From: a candidate division WOR-3 bacterium
GTDB taxonomy: Bacteria; Hydrothermota; Tepidihabitantia; Tepidihabitantales; JAOUPE01
Direction: 5' to 3'
Length of the DNA: 17,694 nucleotides
NCBI GenBank assembly: GCA_039801565.1
Contig: JBDRUX010000048.1
Coordinates: forward strand, 1 to 17,694
Shown: one piece after another, positions 1 through 7,154 of the stretch
Numbering within the stretch: the first letter of the stretch is position 1
How the letters are laid out: each line of letters opens with the position of its first letter
The notes under the pieces: generated by a model
Told to the model about the DNA's origin: nothing
The model's database searches: none
What the model saw: the letters and a program-made list of their open reading frames with translations, nothing else
Program-made: the position numbers and the translations under genes

Positions 1-467
1 GGTATTGGTATCGTTTTAATCACTGAATCGGTCGCACCGTCAATTACTGTTACAGTACCGTGATAGATACTATTAGCGCAATAAATCTTGTTATTCGATG
101 GATTATAAGCAAAAGCAACAGGAGCATTTCCGGCATTAATGGTTCTGATTACTGAATCGGTCCTGCCATCAATTACCGTCACACTGTGGCTAAAATAATT
201 AGCACAATAGACCTTGTTGTTGGTTGGATTATAAACCAAGGCATAAGGGTGTTCTCCAACCGGAACGGTTCTAATCACCGAATTATACTTATCAATTACT
301 GAAACACTGTTACCGTCTAAATTAGCGCAATAGACCTTATTATCTGTAGAGTTATAGACCAATGTCCAAGGATTTTCCCCAACCGGAATTATTGCTTCTA
401 ACCATTGACTGGATAAAACAGTATAGAGTGCTAAATGAAGAGTGAGAAGTGAAACAAAATTCCTCAT
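1..467 (-). CDS. Secreted YVTN/YncE-family beta-propeller repeat protein (3' part runs off the left edge)
   Basis: Not in the ORF track; translated by hand from ATG at 467: MRNFVSLLTLHLALYTVLSSQWLEAIIPVGENPWTLVYNSTDNKVYCANLDGNSVSVIDKYNSVIRTVPVGEHPYALVYNPTNNKVYCANYFSHSVTVIDGRTDSVIRTINAGNAPVAFAYNPSNNKIYCANSIYHGTVTVIDGATDSVIKTIPI. Hydrophobic N-terminus followed by three ~42-aa KVYCAN...V(S/T)VID...(VG)xxP repeats. Confidence 0.9.
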   Translation of the reverse strand, partial: MRNFVSLLTLHLALYTVLSSQWLEAIIPVGENPWTLVYNSTDNKVYCANLDGNSVSVIDKYNSVIRTVPVGEHPYALVYNPTNNKVYCANYFSHSVTVIDGRTDSVIRTINAGNAPVAFAYNPSNNKIYCANSIYHGTVTVIDGATDSVIKTIPI

Positions 468-474
468 TAGTAGA

Positions 475-502
475 ATTATAATCTTCGGCTTTAAATAGTC
501 AA
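475..502 (-). promoter_or_regulatory. sigma70-type promoter of the YVTN gene, probably leaderless
   Basis: Minus strand TTGACT (502-497), 16 nt, TATAAT (480-475), 7 nt, ATG (467); no SD sequence. Confidence 0.7.
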
Positions 503-824
503 CCGAAGCGTTGAAGTTACTAATAGGTACTACAAGGAGAAAAATTAATAAAAAGATAGTCTAAAAACTTCAATTGGTCAATTTATTGGGTAAAAGACAC
601 TACTTATTTGGAATTGCAATATGGTTGAATTATTGAAGATGTCTATGTGAATTACTACGACGATGTGGTTGTCAGCAAGATTCCGATTAGCCCTTAGCGG
701 CAATCGACCAATTACCTGCCGGATAGTCATTTAGCCAACGACCAGTATTTGAAGGTTCAATTCTTAGGCATCAAAAGTTAATTTAATAATTCGTCTAATT
801 GTAATTAATTATTTTGGGTTAGCG

Positions 825-2492
825 TTAACGCTGGATTATTATCTTTTCATCAATGATAAAATTATCTATCTTAGCCCGAACCAAATAAATGCCGTTCGGT
901 AGTTTTGCACCGTTAGCATCTTCGCCTAACCAAACAAGATTGTCTAAAAACCGATTCTTATAAACCAATCTTCCAGCCACCGAATAAATATTTATCTCGC
1001 ACCGTTCAGATTTGTAATCAGGTGGTTCAATCTTGAAATTCACTGCCCGGCTAAAAGGATTCGGTTTTGCTGCCAATCTAACCGGTTTTGGTGAAATCGG
1101 CTTTGATTCAACGATATCAACTGGGGAAAGGATTATATCACAAATGATAGTATCACCAACCTGTCGGATATTCTGGATACTGACATTGGTTGGATTGCCG
1201 CTATTATCCCGGCTATTGGGAATTGAATAATTGTCAAATACAATTCGGTTCCAGTTTCCGGGCAATGGGTCACTGGTATCACCCAATTCCTGATGGTAGA
1301 TATGTGGGTCGGGTCTAATCCCGTTCCCGTGGTCAAGGTGAAAGGTGCTATCCTCTTCTAAGTCAACTCGGTTGTGCCAGGAATTATACCTTGGGTCAAT
1401 GTGCCAAATCAAAAGTCCCGGACCAGGCAATGGTGAATCAAAACCTTTTTGCTGACGATTCTCTAAATAAAAACAAGTGTCACAATCTACACCATTTCGC
1501 CAGACTTTATAGGCAACCGGATTGGTCTCAATATCAACAATCCGAAGATTATAGGTATCGTTGGTGATAACAATTGGCTCAACAAAGCCGGCGCGAACCT
1601 TACTCCAGGCTTCCATATGGGACGGACTCCAAGGGGTATTGCCACCAGCACCCCAAGCACCATAACCCATCAAGCCCCAATAACCAATCCCCCAAGTATT
1701 GCGCGAACCGTCGTATAAATCAGGTAGACCAACTAAATGGCCAAGTTCATGGCACATCACCGCAATACAACACATCGTCGTCTCACGTGCTTCCGTAACC
1801 AAAGCGAATTCTGGAACATTGGTGACACCATCAATTATCACTCCATCATTGGTTTGATAGTTAAAATAAGGTAGCGCATGCGACCAGCAATGGTTGACAT
1901 TGCCATCATCCGCCCCATCAGCACCAGCATGCACCATAAACATTGCATCAATATGACCATCGTGGTTCAAGTCATAATCATTAAAATCGATCACCTGGTC
2001 AACTTGTTGGAGATTATCCCTTGCCAATCTGCCACCAGTTGTCAACATATAGTTGCCATCATAGTATTCCGAATAGTTATGTGAAGACATAAACCAGCGG
2101 TTGCCAACAATACTACCTAAGACTCGATAAGTGCCATAGGAATTTTCCAAGAAATAATCATTAAGGCTACCTTGGCGATAGGGTTGATTGTTATAAACGC
2201 CGGTCGAATAGAGCATCGAATCGAATAAAGCGGCTGGCCTTCGAATCGTATCGGCTAAATTGTCGGGAAATTGCATTAAAATTGCCGCAGTTTCGCAATG
2301 GTCAAAGTCTCTTAGTTTATTCGGACCCGGTTCACCCCAGTTCGCTGGAAAGACTGGATAATGGTCACCGGTAGTTACCGAAAGTCCGGTTGTTGGGTCA
2401 AAAAGCCCTGGTCTTGGTGGCATTGCAAATATGACACTGACTAAAAAGAAGAGGCATTTTGAACCATTTTGAACTATTTGAACTCTTTTCAT
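825..2492 (-). CDS. M6-family (immune inhibitor A-like) zinc metalloprotease with C-terminal T9SS type A/FlgD-Ig-like sorting domain
   Basis: HELGHLVGLPDLY zinc motif; SLNDYFLENSYG, DFNDYDLNHDGHIDAMFMVHAG, WGLMGYG, PSHMEAWSK and FYLENRQ..GFD..LP..GLLIWHID match M6 peptidases. C-terminus PNPF...IYSVAGRLV...WLGEDANG..LPNGIYLV...KIII is a sorting-domain pattern. Start moved to ATG 2492, which has AAGGAG 5 nt upstream. Confidence 0.88.
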   Translation of the reverse strand: MKRVQIVQNGSKCLFFLVSVIFAMPPRPGLFDPTTGLSVTTGDHYPVFPANWGEPGPNKLRDFDHCETAAILMQFPDNLADTIRRPAALFDSMLYSTGVYNNQPYRQGSLNDYFLENSYGTYRVLGSIVGNRWFMSSHNYSEYYDGNYMLTTGGRLARDNLQQVDQVIDFNDYDLNHDGHIDAMFMVHAGADGADDGNVNHCWSHALPYFNYQTNDGVIIDGVTNVPEFALVTEARETTMCCIAVMCHELGHLVGLPDLYDGSRNTWGIGYWGLMGYGAWGAGGNTPWSPSHMEAWSKVRAGFVEPIVITNDTYNLRIVDIETNPVAYKVWRNGVDCDTCFYLENRQQKGFDSPLPGPGLLIWHIDPRYNSWHNRVDLEEDSTFHLDHGNGIRPDPHIYHQELGDTSDPLPGNWNRIVFDNYSIPNSRDNSGNPTNVSIQNIRQVGDTIICDIILSPVDIVESKPISPKPVRLAAKPNPFSRAVNFKIEPPDYKSERCEINIYSVAGRLVYKNRFLDNLVWLGEDANGAKLPNGIYLVRAKIDNFIIDEKIIIQR

Positions 2493-2558
2493 TGCCACTC
2501 CTTATTGTCTAATTCGACAAAATCGTGAGGTGAAACCGATTCTATAACCGGCTTCGCC

Positions 2559-3455
2559 TTATTGATGATAGATTTTTTCTTTGATGAATGCTTCATCTTT
2601 TCGCCAACCCTCTTTTACTTTAACCCAAAGTTCTAAATAGACCGCTCTTCCTAAAAAGTTCTCAATATTCTTTCGGGCGATACTTCCGACTTTCTTTAAT
2701 GCCTGACCTTCTTTGCCAATCAGAATTGCCTTTTGGGAAGGGCGTTCGGTATAGATAATTGCTCGGATATAGTCCTTACCCTTTTCTCGTTCTTTAAACT
2801 CTTCAATTTCAACTGTTGTCGAATAAGGAATTTCTTCGCCATAGTTGGTGAAGATTGCCTCCCGAATAATTTCGGCAACAAAGAATCGTTCCGGTCGTTC
2901 GGTAATCTGGTCCGGTGGATAAAATGGTGCGCCTTCGGGTAAATTTTCGACAATCCCTTGCTTTAAATCCTCAACCCCATCATTATAAAGTGCCGAGATG
3001 GGAAAAATCTCTTTGAAACCCATTTGGCTATATTCTTCAATAATTGGTAACAATTCGGTTTTTGCCACTGTGTCAATCTTATTGATTACTAAGATTGCCG
3101 GCTTTTTGATTAAACTTTGAATCATTTTTTTCTCATTTGCTTCGGGCAGGTCTTTTGGCTCAATCATTAACAGTATTAAATCTGCATCCTCTAATGCGGT
3201 CTTCACCTCTTTTTGCATAATCTTCTGTAAAGGATAGGTTGGTTTAATCATTCCTGGTGTATCAATAAAAATTGCTTGAAAGTTTTCACCGTTAAGGATA
3301 CCTAAAATCCGATGCCGGGTTGTCTGAGGTTTCGGTGAAACAATGGAAAGTTTATATTGGAGCAATGAGTTCAATAAAGTGGATTTGCCAACATTGGGCT
3401 TGCCAATGATTGCAACATACCCGGATTTGAATTTATTTTCTTTTTGATTATTCAA
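2559..3455 (-). CDS. era: GTPase Era
   Basis: [38 protein letters not shown]-terminal KH domain ([22 protein letters not shown]). ATGA overlap with the accA stop. Confidence 0.97.
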   Translation of the reverse strand: MNNQKENKFKSGYVAIIGKPNVGKSTLLNSLLQYKLSIVSPKPQTTRHRILGILNGENFQAIFIDTPGMIKPTYPLQKIMQKEVKTALEDADLILLMIEPKDLPEANEKKMIQSLIKKPAILVINKIDTVAKTELLPIIEEYSQMGFKEIFPISALYNDGVEDLKQGIVENLPEGAPFYPPDQITERPERFFVAEIIREAIFTNYGEEIPYSTTVEIEEFKEREKGKDYIRAIIYTERPSQKAILIGKEGQALKKVGSIARKNIENFLGRAVYLELWVKVKEGWRKDEAFIKEKIYHQ

Positions 3456-4402
3456 TTGCTACTTTGGCCTATCTGTCCAAGGCGGGCAAATTTTTCAATT
3501 CGTCGCGCAATTAACTCCTCAGTCGGGATGGCTTCAAGAAGCGAAAGATTTTTTAAGATTGCAGCTTTAACATTTTGGGCAGCACTTGCCCAATCCTGGT
3601 GGGCACCGCCTAAGGGTTCGGGAATGATTTCATCAATCACTTTAAATTCTAAGAGGTCTTGGCTGGTCATTCTTAAGACCTTTGCTGCCTCTTCGGCTTT
3701 ATTACCGTCGCGCCAAAGGATTGAGGCACAGCCCTCTGGTGTGATTACCGAATAAGTGGCGTACTCCATAATTAAGATTCGATCACCAACAGCAATGGCT
3801 AAGGCACCACCCGAGCCACCTTCGCCACTGATGACAACAACAATTGGCACTGGTAGGGTTGCCAACTCTCTTAAGTTTCGAGCAATTGCTTCAGCTTGGC
3901 CACGTTCTTCAGCACCGACTCCAGGATAGGCACCTGGGGTATCAACAAATGTCACTAATGGCAGACTAAATTTTCCAGCCAATTCCATAACCCGCAGCGC
4001 CTTGCGATAGCCTTCCGGGTGCGGCATTCCGAAATTTCTCCGCAACTTCTCCTTAGTGTCCCGACCTTTTTGGTGACCGATAATCACCAATTTCTTCTCA
4101 TCAATTTTCGCCAGACCGGCAACAATTGCTGGGTCATCAGCAAAGCGGCGGTCACCGTGTAATTCAATAAACTCCTCACAGATTAAATCAATATAATCCA
4201 GGGTATAGGGTCTTCGGGGATGACGGGCTAACTGAACCTTCTGCCAAGGGGTGAGATTAGAATAAATCTTTTTCTTTAACCTCTCAACCTGACCGCGCAA
4301 TCGGCTAATCTCATCCTGATAACTACCCAATGAAGAGAGTTCTTGAATCTTAGCTTCCAGTTCGGCAATCGGACGCTCAAAATCGAGCCAACCCTCTAAC
4401 AT
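3452..4402 (-). CDS. accA: Acetyl-CoA carboxylase carboxyltransferase alpha subunit
   Basis: [88 protein letters not shown]. Likely start ATG 4402 (MLEGWLDFE), just after the upstream stop. Confidence 0.97.
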   Translation of the reverse strand: MLEGWLDFERPIAELEAKIQELSSLGSYQDEISRLRGQVERLKKKIYSNLTPWQKVQLARHPRRPYTLDYIDLICEEFIELHGDRRFADDPAIVAGLAKIDEKKLVIIGHQKGRDTKEKLRRNFGMPHPEGYRKALRVMELAGKFSLPLVTFVDTPGAYPGVGAEERGQAEAIARNLRELATLPVPIVVVISGEGGSGGALAIAVGDRILIMEYATYSVITPEGCASILWRDGNKAEEAAKVLRMTSQDLLEFKVIDEIIPEPLGGAHQDWASAAQNVKAAILKNLSLLEAIPTEELIARRIEKFARLGQIGQSSN

Positions 4403-4406
4403 AATA

Positions 4407-5315
4407 TCAATAACCGATGCCAATGGCAAATCGGTGAGTTGTCCCTAAGTTATAAGTGTAAGGGACGAACGAATATTCGACTCGAAAATTATTTAACTTA
4501 AAACCTAAACCGGTAGTAATCTTATTAGTTTCCGAAAATGGCCGAATGCCAAAACGGAAAAATAATGAGTTATTAAAAGCGAATTCGGTTCCAACCCCAG
4601 CCGAAATTTTTTTGTCATAAGGGAAATAGGACAAATCCATTGCTCCGCTCAATTGTTGATTGCCAAACGGTAAATCATAACCGATGCCGATTTTGGCTTC
4701 GGTTGGCAACCAGAATTTTTCCTGGCTATACCGTAAGGTAGGACCAAAATTAATAATAGCGACGCCAAGCGTCATCTCGGGAAAAACCAAAAATTTTAAC
4801 CCAATATCGGCACCACCACTGGTAACAGTCTTGTCCAATATCTTTTGAAAATAGAATTTACCAGAAGCGCCAATTGCGGTACGGTTATCTAAGGCACGAC
4901 TTAAGGTTAAAAAGAAACTATAGTCTTGGGGATTAAAATAACCCAATGGCTCATCGGTAGGGTTATCGCCGCGATTTTCAATCTGACCGTAAGAAAAATT
5001 GACTACCCCCACACCAATATTGAAAACCTTGGTTGGTCGCATCACAAAAATTGCCTGATGGGACATATCGAAAAACCATTTGGCATAATAAAGATTCAAA
5101 AGAAAATTGTGATAAGAACTGATTAACGCTGGATTGAAATAAACCGCTTGGGGTCCTTGGGCTGAAGCAACGCCCGTACTTGCCATCGCTGCCTCGCGCG
5201 CACCCGGCACAATCTTTAAGGATGTTAAACCGGAATTACCAAACGCTAAACTTAGCATCAAAAAAATTAATAGCGCTTGGCAAAGTATTTTTGCATTGCC
5301 TTTATCTTTAATCAT
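4407..5315 (-). CDS. PorV/PorQ-family (UPF0164-like) outer-membrane beta-barrel protein
   Basis: Signal peptide, [12 protein letters not shown]...A...YFNPA motif, alternating amphipathic beta pattern, C-terminal [13 protein letters not shown] with terminal aromatic. Start ATG 5315 preceded by AAAAGGAG. Confidence 0.8.
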   Translation of the reverse strand: MIKDKGNAKILCQALLIFLMLSLAFGNSGLTSLKIVPGAREAAMASTGVASAQGPQAVYFNPALISSYHNFLLNLYYAKWFFDMSHQAIFVMRPTKVFNIGVGVVNFSYGQIENRGDNPTDEPLGYFNPQDYSFFLTLSRALDNRTAIGASGKFYFQKILDKTVTSGGADIGLKFLVFPEMTLGVAIINFGPTLRYSQEKFWLPTEAKIGIGYDLPFGNQQLSGAMDLSYFPYDKKISAGVGTEFAFNNSLFFRFGIRPFSETNKITTGLGFKLNNFRVEYSFVPYTYNLGTTHRFAIGIGY

Positions 5316-5328
5316 AAAATTTCTCCTT

Positions 5329-6450
5329 TTAACTTTCAATAATTTCGACATTGGCTCTGGGCAAAAGAATCCTTTTGCCATTTTCCAATTCTACTTCCAA
5401 GACCCGAACTTTGGATTCGGTTTCAATTGTTTGCAGGTCAACTGGCAGAGCGGTGACTTTACCTAATAGTCCAAAATAAGGTTGACGGATGATACGAACT
5501 GGCATACCAATCGCCAAACCACCTTCGGTAATACTACTTTTGATTTCACCTTTCTTATCTTCGCAAGGCACAATCACCTCAGGTCTTATCACCCCAGCCC
5601 GGATTTGAGTGGCACCATTCATTGAACCAATCTTACCATTGAGCGATGATAGTAATCGGAAGGTATGGTCAGCCATTCGCATTCGGCCAAAGCCTTCGGT
5701 GATGACTAAAGTTAACCCCACTTTCTCTGAACCAGTAATTGCCACGCCCAGTTCGTAGCCTAAAAATTTTTTCAAGGTTTCATCCTCAATGCCGCCAACC
5801 ACAATCCCTTTGGCACCAACAACTTTTGCTTTTTCTAATGCCGAAAAGTCGCAAAGCGAACCACCAATTATAATCTTGTCTTTACACTTTTCATCAATCT
5901 CCGAAGCGGTGAGGATATCGTTAGGAGAATTTACCACGGTCAGTAACTCACCGCGCGTCTCACCGCCGATACCGAATATTCCCTGCACCAGACTGGCAAT
6001 CGTCTCAACCAACACCCCTTCGGTTGGATAGACTTCGACCACTTCGCCATCAATGTAAGCGGTCACTTCAACCGGTTGGGGCGGTTCCCGCAATATTACC
6101 TGGCCGGTAATCTCAGAGACACTCTCGATTGTTCCCTTAATTGGCGAGCGAACCGCTGACTTAAAGAGTCCGAAAAATCCTTTGGATTGAGCAATCACTT
6201 CACCTTTTTCAATTTGTTCGCCAACTTTTTTCAGCATCATTCCGGTAATGTCTTCGGGTGGCACACCCAAAAGGCCAGCCACATTCAAGGTCGTCACATT
6301 ACCAGGAAGGGCAGTCCGAGCCACGACATCATTGCCTGCCACCTTTTGACCGACCGATACCAAAACCTCACCAGAAACTGGCAATCGTCGGTCTTTTTTC
6401 ACTCGGGTGCGCTCGGTAACTTTAAGACCAGGTGTATAAGCGTGTGCCAT
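5329..6450 (-). CDS. Conserved hypothetical protein (barrel-sandwich hybrid-like motifs, alpha/beta core, C-terminal KOW-like motif)
   Basis: 373-aa ORF with normal composition. Motifs GEVLVSVGQKV, KKVGEQIEKGEVIA...SPIKGTI, AKVVGAKGIVVGG and GMPVRIIRQPYFGLLGKV. Function unknown. Confidence 0.75.
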   Translation of the reverse strand: MAHAYTPGLKVTERTRVKKDRRLPVSGEVLVSVGQKVAGNDVVARTALPGNVTTLNVAGLLGVPPEDITGMMLKKVGEQIEKGEVIAQSKGFFGLFKSAVRSPIKGTIESVSEITGQVILREPPQPVEVTAYIDGEVVEVYPTEGVLVETIASLVQGIFGIGGETRGELLTVVNSPNDILTASEIDEKCKDKIIIGGSLCDFSALEKAKVVGAKGIVVGGIEDETLKKFLGYELGVAITGSEKVGLTLVITEGFGRMRMADHTFRLLSSLNGKIGSMNGATQIRAGVIRPEVIVPCEDKKGEIKSSITEGGLAIGMPVRIIRQPYFGLLGKVTALPVDLQTIETESKVRVLEVELENGKRILLPRANVEIIES

Positions 6451-6457
6451 TAATTAT

Positions 6458-6490
6458 ATATTAGCATATCGGAAATATTTTTAATGTCAA
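6458..6490 (-). promoter_or_regulatory. Promoter for the leftward operon (divergent from ssrA)
   Basis: TTGACA (6490-6485), 16 nt, TATGCT (6468-6463); an overlapping extended -10 TGcTAATAT (6466-6458) lies 7 nt before ATG 6450; no SD. Confidence 0.6.
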
Positions 6491-6506
6491 TATCTCAACG
6501 CAACGC

Positions 6507-6535
6507 TTGACAAGATTAGGAAAATGTCATATAAT
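6507..6535 (+). promoter_or_regulatory. Consensus sigma70 promoter of ssrA
   Basis: TTGACA (6507-6512), 17 nt, TATAAT (6530-6535), about 45 nt upstream of the mature tmRNA 5' end. Confidence 0.85.
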
Positions 6536-6580
6536 ATATTAAGCGTAGTATTTATCTTCAGGCATTGGGTTAAACGAATT

Positions 6581-6933
6581 GGGGGCGAATGGATTCGACG
6601 GAGTGCCTGAGGGATTTAAGGGCATAGCGAGGTTCTTCTATCGCCTCGTAAATCTCGATAGAAGAAAAAACAGCTGCCAATAACAGCTACGCACTGGCTG
6701 CCTAATTAAAGGCAACCCCTTAATCGGCAAGTTCACCCGGTGCCGAATTAGGGTCGAATAGGGTGATTAAGGTTCAGATTGCGCCACGGAGTCTGAACCG
6801 GATAAAAACCGTGGCTGGTTGGTTTCCGCCTGTCCTTTGGCTAAGAAACCGACGAGAAGGAGAAAAGGACTAACTATGTAGAACTTAAATCCCGAACGCT
6901 TCGGACGCGGGTTCGATTCCCGCCGCCTCCACC
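6581..6933 (+). ncRNA. ssrA: tmRNA (one-piece); tag peptide (A)ANNSYALAA
   Basis: 5' GGGGGCGAATGGATTCGAC; 3' T-arm GCGGGTTCGATTCCCGC and acceptor CGCCTCC-ACC with G3:U wobble. Helix GGGATTTAAG (6611-6620) pairs with CTTAAATCCC (6884-6893). Tag ORF 6676-6705 GCC AAT AAC AGC TAC GCA CTG GCT GCC TAA. Confidence 0.97.
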
Positions 6934-7154
6934 TTATGAGTCAAGGATTTCGGCAAGGGTGGGGCACGAAATTCCCAATTTTTGATTTATCCACCCAAAA
7001 TGGGTTACAAAAAGTGCGAAAGCAGTTTGGGTTGTTAGGAATTGGTGGAATAAACCGTTTAACCAGCCAACCGTTTATACCAACCAAAAACTAATAACTA
7101 TAAACTACTAACCACTTGTAATCCGAAATTATATTAACCGAAAGGAGGTTTAAG

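Noticed and set aside
520..824. Possible pseudogene on + (SD-like AAGGAG at 534; frame IIEDVYVNYYDDVVVSK...)
   Set aside because: No start codon after the SD-like site, internal stop, and no family I can recognise.
6906..6933. Stand-alone tRNA-Ala, or an att duplication of the ssrA 3' end
   Set aside because: The T-arm and acceptor belong to the tmRNA; I found no second copy of this 3' end and no integrase in the window.
7002..7124. SRP RNA or c-di-GMP riboswitch as identity of the long hairpin
   Set aside because: Apical loop is TAACCAGCC, not the GNRA helix-8 motif, and the c-di-GMP consensus elements are absent.
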